Below are positions 36,850 through 52,750 of a stretch of DNA of 64,000 bases, one piece after another. The position numbers were made by a program, and so were the translations under genes. How positions within the stretch are numbered: the stretch's first letter is position 1; the number at the start of each line of letters is the position of its first letter. The stretch is from Octopus sinensis. Taxonomy: Eukaryota. The DNA lies in assembly GCF_006345805.1 (NCBI RefSeq), contig NC_043015.1, forward strand, positions 15,996,001 through 16,060,000, in the 5' to 3' direction. The notes under the pieces are model-generated. The model saw only the letters and a list, made by a program, of their open reading frames with translations. It did no database searches and was not told the DNA's origin.

Positions 36850-37320
36850 TTGCTACCACTATTAGTAACAATGGTTTTTTTCTATCAGAGTGAAGGGGAG
36901 ATTGTATGCCACTTGTGTTATAACTGTAATGTTGCATAGAAAGCAGATATGGGCCTTGAATGTACAGGACTTAAAAATGCTTGAGAGAAATGTAGTTAAT
37001 ATGCTCTATTAGATGTGCATTGAGTGTGAACAATAAAGTACAAATGGGGTTGAGAGAAAACCTGAGCATAACAAGAAACAGATGTAGTGTACAAGAGAGA
37101 AGACTGCACTGCAATGGGCATGTGTATGATGCATATGAATGAGGACAGTTTTGTTAAGAAGTGTTGATTACTTGATATGAATGGAGCTTGCAGAAAACCC
37201 AGGAAGACTTGGGACGAAGAGGTGAAGGCTGCTCTCAAGACCTTGAATTCATGGAAGAGATGATAAAGAAACAGAATGACTGGTGATATTTGTTACTTAA
37301 GAAAACCAGCCTATCTCAGC
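36850..37320 (+). mobile_element. Decayed RTE ORF C-terminal fragment
   Basis: Collinear with 1850-2330 (gagtgaaggggagattgtatg..; cccaggaagacttgggacgaagaggtgaag). Confidence 0.75.
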
Positions 37321-37877
37321 AAAACTGAAATTCTGGAAGTTTAATATGTATGTAACTGGACCCAACTTCACCCAGTTTCCACCTCAAGCTGTCCCCAACA
37401 TCCACCATCTCACTAACTGCAATATTCTGTTGCTGTAATTATTTGTGGGCACCAATAAACAACTCCCACTTTCTCCATGCACTATGCATACTACTTCCTG
37501 CCTTATACTTTTCCAGTCAACCTAACCACATATCACCTCTCTTTCATTCACCTTCTCACATCTTTCCCCTAACTATTGCATCATTATTATTATTATACTG
37601 TTGTTCTTCACCTCTTTCTGCACTGTCAGTCATCTCCTACTCTCTCCTAAGTATCCCTGCTATCCACAATTCACTGCATCTACTCCTCTATAGACATCAT
37701 CTACTCTTCCCACCTTCCCTCCAATGTATACTTATCATCCCTCAATACTTGTTCTTCATTCATAACATTCACCCCTCACCCATACTTCATCTGTAACTCT
37801 TACTCTCCTTATTTATTCTTCCCTCTCTACTCTCTTCTATTCACCATGTACTTTAAGGGTCCACTCAGATACCTCAT

Positions 37878-37985
37878 TATCATCATCATTTAACATCCGT
37901 TTCCCATGCTGGCATGAGTTAGACAGTTTGACTGCAACTGGTAAGCTGGAGAGCTTACCAGTTGCATTTGACTTGATTTCTACAC
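37878..37985 (-). mobile_element. Short RTE 3' terminus
   Basis: catcatcatttaacatccgtttcccatgctggcatg. Confidence 0.75.
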
Positions 37986-38369
37986 TCCATATTTCTAACT
38001 CTTTCCTGTTCCATGCTGGTTATTCTCACTCATCTGTAACATGAGTAGCATGTAGCTCCTCTATAGCAAGAAATCAGTCCCATTTTTGCCCCTTTTCTCA
38101 CCCTCATTTCCTCACATAAAGCCACCCCACTCTCTGCTGTAGCCCAAATCAGTTGAAGAGGATACATCTATGGCTACAATGATGTGTAGTTGTATGTGTT
38201 TGCTTGAGTGTGTGTACATTTATGTGCATATGTTTGTGTGTAGATGTTTATTTTAGCCAGACTAGAGAACAGGTACCACTACTTTTTAAAAAATTAACTA
38301 TGATAATTCAAGAGGCAATTCATCAACTAATTGAGTGACAATAAATAGGATTTTGCTAGAGTCAGCTTA

Positions 38370-38570
38370 AATATCAGTTGTTATTTAGCTCAGATCAGCT
38401 CTAATCAAACAAACTTATGATTAAAAGTACACTTCTTTTTACAGACAATGGTTTATTGCAGACTACATTATTCAATGTGTCTTTCATTTTTTTTTTTAAG
38501 ATGGTATAAGGTCAGTTGAGAAAGATTTGACTGCTAATTTTAGCAGGTCAAGTGATTACATAGAGGTTCC
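38370..38570 (+). repeat. Dispersed repeat family 4 (other partial copies at ~30690, ~42650, 55956, ~58080-58190 minus)
   Basis: Shared motifs ttttaagatggt..tgag..gattt(g/t)gctgctatttc and tatgatcaaaagt. Confidence 0.55.
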
Positions 38571-39228
38571 TTCTTTGGTTGGTTTAGATGTTAGCATAGG
38601 AAGCTAGTTAATGTTGAAATAGCAAACAGATCACTTAAGTTATGCATATTAACAATGCAAAGGAATTATGGTTGCTAATTGCTTTTAGCAGGGAACCTCA
38701 TTACTGGACCAGTACAACAAAATATATCTTCTCATCATTTCCAGATTACTATGGCAAGTGTGGTTGAATTTCTCATAAAAGTAACTAATTTGCTTATGGT
38801 AAAGTGTGTTATACTTCCTCTGCTTCTTTTCAATGGAACAGAGGCCCTATTACACAAACCAGACAACTTCCGCTTCTTAAATAATAATTTCTTTTTTTTT
38901 TTATGAATAGAAATTATAAGATAAGGTTGACCTCTAATCTCTTGTACACTTGATAGGTGCTGCTGGTGAAAACCACTTCACTTGGAAACATCAGAGTCTG
39001 TGTAAAGAATATCACTCGTCTTCTTAATTTGACTAGCTTTTATTAACATTCATTGAAGTTAAGAAAGTTAAGAAATATTTTATGCAAAGACCTGATCATA
39101 GGCCTGCTCAATCAGAACTAACCAGGGGCTAAACTACAACAGTATGTCATATTATATATATGTGAATAAAATAGTTTTCATTTTACATTAGAACTATAAT
39201 GACCAGCCTTTTTTAATTTCTTATGTTT

Positions 39229-39266
<38 letters not shown>

Positions 39267-42200
39267 CTTGAAATGAAAATACTGAAATTAGACCGAAATA
39301 TAATGTACCAGAACAATATAAGTGAACACATATAGATTTAAAGACAGAGGAAACCAATCAAACTTTATTACATTATGCTTGGATTTTGTAGCACAAATGT
39401 TAGTTGTAATATGAATTATGTAAATCGTGATATTGAGAAATTTTCATCTGCATCATTTATGCTCCTTCTATCATGCAGTGTCAATAAATTAAATTGGACT
39501 TTAAGGTTTCTATTATCTACATTTGTGAGAGTATTCATTAGTATGTTGTACATAATAATTATCTTTATTCAGCCATTAGGTGTATATTGACATGATATGG
39601 CTGCCAAGACAGATATTTTGTCACTCCCCCAATATTACATACTTCCTTTTTTTTAGTTAAGTTTATTTCTATTTCACTTATGGAAGCAAAGGATTTTAAT
39701 AAATCTGTTGATTTTTTATATCTCAAACTTTACATATCATAGAGGCATAAGTTTACAAACTGTTATAATATCAGTATGTTATCATTAAAATAAGAGGTTT
39801 CCCATATATTTGAAAACTACAGATGAAATCATTAGTAATTTTAAAAATGTCTCTGCTTTTTGATACAATTTTGAAAAGCAAACATTTCTCATTTGTCAGT
39901 AGAAAAAAAATTCTATACTAAAGTCAAAGGAAATGGCAACAAAATGATTATCCATCAAAATTTCATCTTCAGAATTGTTTTTTGCTACATTCCTTATACA
40001 GAACATGTTTTTAAAGTAGGCGAGGTATTTTTTATTTGATGCTAATATATAAAACATCTATTTCCTTACCAGCCATCCACCAAAATAAATATTTGTCATT
40101 TCCTGTCTTTAACCTTCTAATGTTTTCGAAATTTTCACAGAAACATCCGTTACTTACAAAGTGGAATTTCCTATCAAATAATTCAGAAACAAAATTTGCT
40201 TCATGATACTGCACAGATATTTGGTTTCAATTAGCAAAAGTGAAGCCAATGTTAAGTAATGATACTAACATGACAGGATACCTTTTTTGTTTTTTTCATT
40301 TATGAATATGTATTTTTTTTTGTTTTTGTTTTTAAATAGATGTAAAGCTAAATCTATATACTCTCACACATGGCCAGTTATAGATGTAATGCAGCACTAG
40401 AAGATCCCAAGAAAATTAATCTTTTATAAAACATTGGGTTATTAAAATACCATGGAGAATTTTTGTCTTTGTATAATACAGCTATGGAAATAAATCTCAC
40501 AGATCTAGTGACAATGACAATCTATAACTATATAAAGACTTAATTTCAGCAATACAAAGTAATGAAATACTCATCAAATATCCTTTCATGCTGCCTACAT
40601 TCATGCTTGCAAATGATACCCATTTCAAGTAGCACTTCAATTTTAAATGTCTTTTACCAAGAATACAGCAAAGAACCACTAATAATCTGGTAGGACAACA
40701 AACTGTTGATGCAATTTCCCTATTTGAATACTTATTTTAAAGAAAAAAAATTAACAATTTTGAGAAAAAATACATAAAATCACTTGTCTTACTATTTTTA
40801 TTTAAATTTTGATTCTCTTTCTTTCATATATTAATATTAAAATGTTTTGTTTGTTTTGTTTTGTTTTTTCAGTATTTTTAAACTATAAAGTCCTCAGTTA
40901 ACTGACAATAGTTTTCATTGTTTTGAAGTATAATGAAGTCAATGAAGTTGAATGCATGTTTTAAGACAGTGGGCATCTAATTTGTCACTAAATTTCAAAA
41001 TTATGTATTGTCATACAGAAAATACAATAAAGTGACAAACAGCATTTTGATTACATGTATAACAATTATCTTTTTAAACCCTTTTAGCAATACACAGCAT
41101 ACACCCTAAGCTATGGCCAATGAGCTCTGTTATGCAATATTCCTAATTACATCTAGGGATATTGTGAAATATACTAAACTGGAAGGTTGGTGAGGGTGGA
41201 AATTTTGTACATAAAATCTATACTAATTTATGTGAAAGTTATATTTAACAGAGGTTACTGTCAAATTGGGTTACTCAGGAGGAATTTTGGTTTTATATAT
41301 AAGTTGAAAGATAATTCTTGCTTTATAGAAATATACAGGCAGGTTCTTCAACATTATATGTAGTGAACTCATGATGTCTGAGCTTAAATTGAAACAAATT
41401 TGGTTAAGAATGTATTCACTGACATATTATCTTGATTTCAAAAGTTAGAATCATATAAAATTGAAATGACTATGTATGCAAATTTTAAACAGTATAAACA
41501 CTTAACATAATATTGATTTGTACAAAGTCTGAACAAAATTCTAAGTGATTTTAATTTGCTATTTTAAAATTTTATTTTTCTCTCTATATTCCATCAAAGG
41601 TTATCCGTTTGTTTCTGTCCATGGTCAAGATAATTTTGTATTGATATAGTAAGGGGAATGAGTGAGATATAGCACTTAACTTACAGGAAATTAGATTTAG
41701 GGAATCTCTAAGATTTCCTTTCACTTATCAAATCAATTATATCAGAATCTAAGTGCAACAAATATTTCTCTGTAGACTGTGTGTAGATATTTCCTCTAGG
41801 ACTTTGTATAAACATTTAGTATGGCTGAGTTGATTGTTTTATTTCTCTTCTTTTTATTTTAATTCAAATAGCATCATGACTGAAGGCTGAAATATTCTCC
41901 CCAGGGGCTCATAAAGCTGGTGCCTTGCTCTGGATTCAATAGCACTGCAAATGAAAGACAAATGTCCCTCTATGCGATAAGATGTAATGTACCCAGCAGA
42001 ATAGATACCTATCATCTGTGGTAAGATGACTGAAGCACAAAAAATTGTTAAATGATCTTTCAACAAAATACACGGATATTCCAGCAAGAAATATAAATTC
42101 TTGACTGCCAAGTTAATAATTATTTGCTTTATCTACCTATTTATTTTGTTAATGCAAATTACATTGTTCAAATAATGAATTATGCATGTTCAGATAGTCT

Positions 42201-42984
42201 TCTCTAGATATTGATAAGTAAACTAGAGATCTTACACCAGTGAAATTTCATTGAAGTATATTTGATTTTTGAAATGTGTTAAAAGGTTAACCAATGAGAT
42301 ATGCATGATTGCCATGAAAACACTGGTTATTTGTTGCAGTGAAGATACTACCAAACTTAAACTATGTGGATTCGGGTTATAATGAAACTTTATGAAAAAA
42401 AAAACAGTTAACTTTTTACATAACACTGATTACTTTTTCTATTCCAGCTAGAAAGACATCTAATTCAGTATTATTCTTAAGATAATTTCACTTCTTTTTC
42501 TTTGCATGTGTGTGTTTGTTTGGAATACTTAATTCTTTCTTTCCATATTTCTCTGCAAATGTTTAGTTATAGAGAGAAATTATGTGCACTAATTAGTATT
42601 TATTATTGAATAAATAAAAAACATCTCTCTTCGATATTATATTTTTTAACCAAAGTCAATCCAGAGATTAAACATTAAAACTTATGACTGAACAAACCTA
42701 TGATCAAAAGTACTTCTACTGTGATCATTCAGTCTTTTTAACACATCAAGTAATTATATAGAGGGTTCCTTCAATGACTTGTAGTGGAAGTTTACACATG
42801 AGCAACAAATGTTGAAACATATAGATAAATTATATTTATAATATTGTTAAGTTTTACTCTGATTTTAGTCTTAGTAATTTGCATCATTTCTTTATCAGTG
42901 AAATATGATTATATCGATTTTCCTCCAATACACAAGTAATGTCAGTGGCATAGTTTGAAAGAAGGAACCTAATTGACATAACAT

Positions 42985-43040
42985 ACCGTCCAACCCATGC
43001 TAGCGCGGAAAACGGACGTTAAACGATGATGATGATGATA
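42985..43040 (+). mobile_element. Minimal (~55 bp) RTE 3' terminus insertion
   Basis: accgtccaacccatgctagcgcggaaaacggacgttaaacgatgatgatgatgat. Confidence 0.85.
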
Positions 43041-43356
43041 CTGTACATCAATTACAAATAGACACAAAATATATGGATAGACAACTTTATTTCTATTTAA
43101 AAGTAGATTATGAATATACTTATAAAGTGCTTGGAAATATATATTGTTTAAATCATACTGAAACTCAACTTGGAAGCTTTAGAATTATTCTATATTCATC
43201 AAAAATTTGCTTATGATAATAGGCAAATTACTGTGTGATTGATAGATCACCAGAAAATGATATAGATGTAATAAATTACATCTATATGCAGTAACTCTTG
43301 TCTAAAAAAATATGAGGGATTAGCTCAGGAAACAGAATAAGTCTAGTGGTGAAATG

Positions 43357-43416
<60 letters not shown>

Positions 43417-46269
43417 TCCCATCACCACTAACAGGTGTTCCCACAGAAGACCAGCTGATTTTGCTATTCCCAGTGCAAGCATTTTGTACCAATTTCCTGT
43501 TACCTCCATATCCGGCGATCTAATTTCTCACAACTCCACATTTTTACTATAGCCTGTTGGCTAAATAAGACATGCACCTAATAACCTATAAGATTTGCTG
43601 ATTATGTATAACCAGTCAACCTTTAAAGTTCTTACTCAAAACAGTTTCTTCAAACAAAAACAAAAAAAAAAACAAGGCACCATGAAATAAATATTCTTGT
43701 GACTACTGCTAATTAAATATTAATTAAAAATACACAAGAGGTTATATTAGTAGTTGAACAGTATTGGTTATGAGTAGTCACTAGATGACATCAATTATGT
43801 AACTATGTACTTTGATGCAAATATTATAACATATGTACCTTTAATATATTATTTAGTCAAATGAGGAAGAAGGCATGAATGTGTGTATGTGTGTATTCTC
43901 TCTTATTCTTTTGACTAAATAATATACACATAAAAGAGAGAGATGTATAGATAGATGAAAAAGCAGAGAAATGCTATGTATAGGTGGCTAAATACAATTG
44001 GTCAGATATTTCTTAAAACTAAATACTACTTGATAAATATACTCTGAAAATTTATAGTGTTTTACCATCTCCATAACTTCATATTAAAAAAAAATAATAA
44101 AATATCCTATGATGAGAGTTAGCTTAAATGTCATTAAAAAGTGCAAAAATATATGAAGAAATATAACTGAATGCTGATTATTCAAGAAAATGTGCTATTA
44201 ACTGGGACCTCTTTCCTAAATTGATTACAGAATGTTTTATCACCTTTTATAGTATCTCTCAGAGCTTAGATTTAAAATTTCAGGGAATATATTAGATAAC
44301 ATTATCAAATTTCTGAAAGAACCAAAAAACAGCTGCACTTTATATCTGGGAACATTTATTAGAGCAAGCTAGTTGTCTTTATTGAGATTTTTTAGCATAG
44401 AGTATTTTTAATACTTTCATTACCATATTTCTGCTGAAATATAGTGCTTTTGTTTCAATGATTTTTTTTAAATAATGAAGAATTTAGTAAAACAATTTAG
44501 CTGTTGTTTGGAACCTAAATTAACATGAAAATTTGAAGGGCGTTTTTAATTTAGATAACTGTAAAACATGAAGCTTGTATCATAGAACCAAGGGTGGTCT
44601 CAGGTACGTTGGCATCAAAGGGGTTAAATCGTTCTTCAAAATAATAACCAACTTAAAATTAAGGACAGAGCAATTACTAAATAATTGGTTAATATTTCAA
44701 TATAGTTTTCAATACAATCAGCTTATTTTGCACATTCACTCTGTAAAAGCTAACTTCCATAAATTTACAAATGTTAACTGATGTTGTGTTAGATCTTCCT
44801 TCTCCATACTATTTATCCCAAAGATGCTCAGCAATTATGTTTGAAAAGGAAGGGAACTCACAAAGAATTAGATTGTAATTGACCAAAGTTTTTCCTTCTT
44901 TTACCCCTAAACCATACACATTTACACTGTCAACTTTTCTTTCCCTCTCTTCAAGGATCTTTTCTAATCTAAACTTTGGAAACATGCTACTGGGAAACTA
45001 CCAACTACTACACCATCATCATCAACACCTCAAAGTTAGCAGAAATAGATGTAAATAACTGCATTTTTTATCCTCTTCAGTATTGTTCCTCACAGTGACA
45101 ACCAGATAATTTCCTTATATAAGTAGACTCTGACTCAGGAAAACTGTATTGTTGCACTTTCATCAGTACAGACTTTATACTTATCAGTGGAACTTCCTAC
45201 TCTTGGATTAAAATCTTTTGTTTGATTGCTGTCCCCAACTCATAATCTACTGAGTTTCAGAGATTGGTTATGCCTCCTCATATTCTACATTTTTCACATT
45301 AAATATAAACATGCAACATAAACAACCTTTACTGCTTCCATGAACAAAGATCTTAAAATATATTCTTCAATAATACTCAAACACAGTTATTCAACACATC
45401 AAAAAAAGATTCTTTTCCCAAAACTCCATCCCCAATCATGAACAGTATACAATTTAAACCTTCAAATGTAAATGCAATGCTTCACAATTTCTGATGATTC
45501 ACAATCTCTTATGACAACCATGCTGCTATATCATTGCCAAAAGGTTAGATTTCCTCTCCAAAGACATAATATTTCAACTTTGATTGTTGTTGACTTTCCA
45601 TAAACTATAAATGTGATTCACTTTAAAGTACAACTCACATATCTAGAATAGTTCTGTTATACGCATATAACCATTAAAAAAAAGATTATCTAGGAGTTAA
45701 GCAAACTGTTACTCATCAACATCCAACAAACACCAATGAGCTGTGTTTTCACTGTATCATCTGTTTATTGCCTTTCTAATAGTTTTTACTTCTCCAAACT
45801 GGCAAAACTCTATATCACTTCTGCTCAAGCAGAGAGGTACATGTATCATGACGCACTTAACCTATTTTGTTTCAACTCACAAATTCTGTTCTAAACACTT
45901 CATTCAATCATTCCACTCTCTCCTTTCAGACTGCACTCCTTTGAGACAACCATCTTTGGTCCGTTTTGTCTAGAGACATCAACCTCCAGAAGTTTAGCTT
46001 TACTAATCAGGATTAGAGGGTAAAGGTCATGGGATCTACTCCTCTTTCTTTAAATAAATATAGTAAAAACTTTTTTTTTTAAATATCTGTGCTGTACTTC
46101 AATGTTAACCAAACTTTAGACAGCTAATAACACAAGATCAAGTTCATCCGCTTTATTAATTAAACTCATTAAGAGCAATTGGTTAATTTGTCTGCTTATT
46201 TGGCACATTTCAAGTTTTATTGCAATATTATCTGCCTGGGTGTTGAACAAACTACTATTCAAAATAAGA

Positions 46270-46450
46270 ATTTTTCACTTGGCACAAGGCTATAAATTTT
46301 TAGGAGAGGTTTATAGAATATTGGGTTGATCACAGTATATGACTGGTACTTGATTTATGTCCTGCTAGGTAGAAGACATAATTAAGACTGACAGGATTTG
46401 AAACCAGAATATAAAGAGATCTAATTAAATACATGAAGAATTTTCACTGA
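46270..46450 (-). mobile_element. SINE family 3 copy
   Basis: The reverse complement contains gccttgtgccaa and aagtaccagt, as in the 59.5-60.2 kb copies. Confidence 0.6.
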
Positions 46451-49400
46451 TTGATGCTTTATTGTTCTGCCATTGCTTCACTTGACAATTAGGAATGAAT
46501 TTATGGAACAATAATGTTTCAACACCAGAAATTTCAGTGGAAAATCGCAAAAAATGAAAGAAATATTATGAGGTTTTCTTCATATAGATTTCTGAATATT
46601 TGACCCTTTGAATCCAAACTGCCTGAAACTGCTTCATCCATTGATATAAACCTGCTTGTTTTAAAGTATTCCTAAATTAAACCTATCTACCATTAGTTAC
46701 AACCTTCTGTTAGGTTACATTCCAAACATATATAAAAGTGTTTTGGAAAAAATAAATTACAGTGAGTTGAATAGGACAGTTATACTTCTTTGGAGAGAAA
46801 GTACAGAGGCTAATACCACTAGGTCTGTGCTCAAATAGTTATAGACCCAGGTAAAATGTGAAAATGTAAACCCTGTTTCAAATTACTCACCAAAGTATTT
46901 AGTAATGTATTTAGTGCTAAAATACATATGATTTATGTGACAGCTGTAATGTACATGATGTAGTTACTAGTAAAAGAAGAGAATAAAGGAACTAGAGCAA
47001 ATCATTAGAAAGATAATTTTCTACCAAAGAGTCCTCACTTAACATCTGACCAAAGATACAAGAGCTCCTCAAAATTATAAACCAATGACAGCAACTCCAG
47101 TACATTGTATTAAAAATATTTAAGGTCAAAAAAGGAAGAAATTCATTTATGGCAATATAAATAAATTCATTAAAAAATTTCTTTGGTTTAGTGGTTTCTC
47201 TTCTGATTTGATTGATTAATTCATATGACCAAATACAATAATATACTCTTTATTCTATAATTAATTTGTTTTCTTACTGTGTGATAAAGAAACATACAAA
47301 TAATAATAATTAATAATAAATTTATTTATTTAAACATATTTGATTTAGCTAAGTTGATATGAAATAGCATATAATCACCAACAAGTAATTGGTAAATTAG
47401 CGGTTTTTTTTAAAATATCTTCATTAGATAAATTAGTTTACATATGTACATTAAATAAACATGTGTTTAGCTTTGCTGTGTATGGTTAAAGCACAGGGAT
47501 CTTTCCGAAGGATAAATCTGGGAACAGCTTGTTTAGTTTCAGTTGATTATTGCCATTTTGTCAACAAGACCTTCTCAAGATCATCATACAGAGAAAGAAA
47601 GCCACTTAGAACTTATTACAAATTTATATATAATGAGAATTACATAAGAAAAATGTGGAAAGTAACAGGAGCTAATTCTATTCATTTACGTATTCAGTAC
47701 ATTTACTGATATGTAAATGAGTAAAATTTTCTTTAAAGGTCTAAGTAGCTCTAAACTTTTTCTTGATCTTGTGTGGCAAACTTAGAAAATCTTTCGATGA
47801 GACAACAATAGCTAGTTGAAACTAGCTGAGCTGTTATCAGGCTCATCCTGCAGAGAGAGTCCTGTGTTTTAACCACAGTGTCTGTTCTATGCACTGAAGC
47901 TGGATGTACATTTATAAAGATTTAAATACATATTGTAAATTTATTTACAATTTACCCATAAACATATACACTGCCTTGGTATTTTAGTTCTTTAATCTTC
48001 ATTAATCTAGATACAACTGGGTCACATGTTCTCTTTAATTTAGAGAGGCACATATAACTTAGGGAATATATACACATTCATCCAAGACTCAAAACAAACT
48101 AAAAAGCTTTAATTTAAGTGAAGTGTAATAATATTATTCAACTTGTAAAATGAATGCACGTATTTGGTAATAAGACATCTAAATGGATACCAACCTTGTT
48201 GGAATCAATATAACATACTAGTAGTCTAGATAATTATCTACTTAATAACAATCACACATCTCATAACTTTATAGATTAAATCAAAATCTCAATCTTCCAT
48301 ACTCTATCCTTAACCTGCATCCTTTCATATGGTACTTTCTTCTTTAAATAAATTTTGCAACAAATTAGTTTTAAAAATTCTGAATAAATTCAGTCACTTT
48401 TTCTTCGTGTGTGTGTGTGTGTGTGTGATGCATGCGTATGCATTTTTGTATATGTCTAAACAATGAACTGATTCTGTGTAAGAAATTATTTCTTGCTTTT
48501 GCCTAAAACAATTTGGCGCTTAATTCTTAGAAAGCACATGGGTATCTGACAACCGAAGCATTAAACTTAATTAGGTCTCATCAGCTAGTGTCTAATGAGA
48601 ACCGTGTATGTACTCTCAGTCAGACAGTTTAATATAACCTTAACAATCCTTCCAGTATGAATTTTTATGTTCTCACATGGTATTTTACAACAAATTGCAA
48701 GTAATACTTTCTTATATAGAATTAATGCAGTGGATGTTGTATAATTTTCTGCAAATACCAAAATTTTCAAAACTATATTCTAGAGATTATTCTAACTACA
48801 AGTATGATAAAACCTAGTTAAACAGAAGCTTTAACCTAGAGTTTTAATCCCAAAATTGCTCTACAGAATTAAAAATATATTCCTAGAGTTCTATGTTGTA
48901 ACATTTTCCTGACATAAGAACATTCTTAAAATCTTTTACTGATTCCATTTATTTTTAATTTAAGATTAGCACACACCATAAAACCTGATCAAACCAGCAA
49001 TATAGCTACTGTAGTACATCTCATGGTAAGCACATTCTCTGGTTTTAAGATAACTAAACCAGTATGATAATAATCATCATCATCATCCACATCGTTATCA
49101 TGTGACCCAAATTACATCACCTTCTCATTGCTCTTCCTTTTCCCAACCAACATTCATCTTATCACATAGCCACTACTAAACAATTCTTCTGCATAAATAT
49201 CATCTAAACTAATATCACAGGCTTTTAGTTTGATGTTGACCTACTCACTGTCTCCTACTAGCATACAAATCACACACTTTTATTTCATTCTGAGACACAA
49301 ACCTTACATCCCCTATATCTAACCAACTTCTGCATTCCAGGCTACATTCTATATTCCATCTTCCTTCCTAAAATTGGTGTCTGCACTTACATAGAACAAT

Positions 49401-49699
49401 TGTCTCCACCGCTCACCTCTTTCACCACCAATAGCAAACACTTCCTTGTTACTTTGGCTCAAGGTCTCTCTTCCCCATTTCTCTAAGTACAGCTACTCAA
49501 ACTTTTCCAATCACCAGTAGTCAATTATTAAATCTTATTCTATATTAATACATCCATACTAATTCACCTCTTTCTGAAGTCATCATTCTTGGTGAAATCA
49601 GCTAAGTGGATGACAAATACCATCACCCTAGAAATGTCTCGCTATGCTTCTCACTCAACCAAAGCATGCATCCCTTAAGTGGTTCACTCACAGATTTGC

Positions 49700-50900
49700 T
49701 TTTACAGTACAGAAAAAGAAAATTTCCTACAACACATGACGTAGCTCATCATCACCAACTATGAAGTATTTACTCACAATTGAGAGACATGCTCAACACC
49801 ATCATAAAAACAAAAGATGCTTCCATGCTTCACACAGTATTTATACTCTGTTGCTTTATAAATTGAATTTGAACCAACTAATATCTTGCCAAGAGGATCT
49901 CTCTTTGCAGAGTTCTCTTATCTATCACTCATTAACAAATATAACCTATAAGTATCACTGACTGATAAGAAAAAATCTCACTTGTGTTTGTTTTATTTTC
50001 CCTTTCCCACTGCACATAAAACTCTTCCCAAATTTTCTTTGCACCTCCCTGTTTCCATCACATGCACACTATTGCCAAGTAGGAAAATTCCTCCTTATCA
50101 GCAAGACCAACGAACCCCAAAAGTTAACCAATCCTGACAATGATCTTATATTACTCTTCTGAAACAACCCCTATCTTCATAAACTCTTCAATATTTCTCT
50201 CTCCTACAATACCAACCCATAGAAATATACAACCATGTATCCTAATTGTGAGAAATGTCAATGCATTCCTTTGTATTCACTTCTAACCATCTAAAGATAA
50301 GGAAATAGTCATAAGCAATCTTCTTTTTCATTTCCTTCATACCTTTCCCATCTCACTGACCATCAAAACGGTTTTCATAAAGTCAGATAATTAAATCTTA
50401 CCCTCCTACTTCTTATTTAGTTGTGGTTTTTCTTTCTTGAGAACTTCAGTGAAAGCAATGTTGTTATCTTTGCCACCAGCAAAGCCTTTGATCATGTCTG
50501 GCATGCAAACCTCCTAAGTTTACCACCTACGTCCACCATCTGTTTCTCATTTCTGGGGTCAGAAACTTCATGTACATTACTCTAACACAGCAATCACTGA
50601 CAGTGCTTTCTTCAATACATATTCTATTATTTCTGACTATTAGAGTCTAACTGTCTTCCACACACTTCTGCAAATTAACTACCTATCACTGTAACTTCCT
50701 TAATTTTCCACACACCAGCACCCTCCACATGTACTCTAAAAACCTTATCCCATGCACAGAGCCTGCACAAATATCCTCCAATCAGACAGACAATATAATT
50801 TCTTTCAAAAGCACCATGACACATCATTACACAGATGTTGCTTTTGCATTACATTTATCCTTTGCATGAGGGATACCCAACTAAATCTCTTAATAATGCC
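49700..50900 (+). mobile_element. Very old Jockey/CR1-group LINE RT fossil
   Basis: HLTDHQNGF and SKAFDHVWHANLLS (~50478-50520) in the expected order. Confidence 0.55.
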
Positions 50901-52459
50901 TAAAATATAATACCTCATAATTTTTTATGATCTCACATCGCCAAAACAGTATTAGAAAGATGAAGAGTAATCTGACTAATCAGAAAATATTTTTAAATAA
51001 TTAAAAATTTCTCTTGTTATAGGTGTATTTTCATTTGATTAGAAATTCTGTTTGATTCACTAGATTAATAGATTAGCTCACAATTTAGGTCTATATTCTT
51101 AATGTGGAGGGAAATTTTTCATACAAAATTATTTTAAATTTACCTAATCAGTGAATAGTTTTTCACTTAGTCATCCTTAGATCTGCTAAGTATGTGTAAG
51201 GATTTGCATTACCGAGGAGGTCTAATAATACTGAAACATGTCTGAAGCTGTTACAGTACTTATGCACCGACCACCACTGCATGCTTCTATTCAATAGATT
51301 TGAATTTCTGAGTTGTTTCCTTTGCATTTTCTGACAAGAAGTCACTAACACTAACAAATCCTCTTTACCTTGCAGATGTAACCACAATTGATTAAAAAAC
51401 TTTTTTGGACTCATTGCATTACATATGTGAGCTCAAACTTAACTATATGTTCTTGATGCAGAAGGGGCATGTATTTCTAAATTGCTTTTTAGATATTTTA
51501 GCAAAGTAATTTCTAATACGTATTTTAATTCATAATTATAAGATAAGTTCTCAGAATATTGAAACCATGGTGAGGAGATTCAGAGAATGTAAAGATGCAT
51601 GTATAGACAACTGAAGAAATGTTTTATTTAAATATTACTATACTACATTTTAGCCTCAAGAATTTAAGCTGATGCTGACTCATCATAAAGTAAGTTGGGC
51701 CATTCTAAAGCTATCAGTTTACCACATACATCTTCCTCACTGACTGCTGCTTACACAAACAACCATTGTATAAACAATTCAAAAGGTTACCTACTAAAGA
51801 GAAGTCACAAAATAAGATTAAGCAAAGGACCTGAAATAAATAACTTGTAAATTTCTTATCTAAATAAAACTTACGTCAGCCATTTCAGAATTATCATGAT
51901 TGTGAAAAAAAAAATTATGTTAGAAAATATTTACTAAAGAACCCCCTCCACAAAAAATAAAAAAATTAAGAACATTTAGAAGATATATTTGCTTGAGATA
52001 TGGTTGTGGGAGAATTTCTGGGAAAGTCTTTATAAAAAGGCTTTAGTATTCACGCTTTTTTTTTTAATTGTAAGAAGAGGATTAGTTATATTTTGGATTT
52101 TTATTAGAATAAATTAGATGTTTGTAATTCTTCATTGACAGTTTAGAAAATCAATACAATTTTCTTTTTGCTATGGACTACCCCATCCTCCTGTAGTAGT
52201 TTAACAAATCTCTCATGCTCTATCTCTAAGCTAATATTCCTATCTCTATATTTTAACTTCAAGTGGTGGATGTCAGAATCTAATTAATTTATCACAGAAT
52301 GGAATGTTACAGACCAGTCTTTACAAGAACTAAATCAGATCCAGATATCATATCAAATGGCACGTATGGAAAAAATGCCTACAAACAACTCTGGTCTTCA
52401 TCCAGTGCAATTAAAGGATGATTTGCATATAAAAATGAAAGTTAAGGTACTTCTATAGG

Positions 52460-52719
52460 TGCAGGAATGGCCATGGCATTGGAAAAGAAATTAGCTTTGC
52501 AGCCACAAGGATCTAGGGTTTTTTCTCACTGCACTGCATCTGGGGCATTTGCTTTTTACTGTAGCCTAAGGACAACCAATAATTTGTGTGTATGTGTGTG
52601 TGTAGACATGTATATAGATATATATGTACATATATGTGTATGTATGTATAAAAATCCTTTCTCACAACTTTGACACACACACACACACAATTATATTATA
52701 TGCATACATATATATGTAC

Positions 52720-52750
<31 letters not shown>

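Noticed and set aside
43410-43509. ORF MEVTGNWYKMLALGIAKSAGLLWEHLLVVMG as collagen exon 1
   Set aside because: It has a poor hydrophobic core, no good phase-0 donor, and runs into a TA microsatellite.
49775-49826. MEASFVFMMVLSMSLN with a gtgagt donor (minus strand)
   Set aside because: The donor is phase 1, incompatible with the phase-0 acceptor, and it lies within a decayed LINE region.
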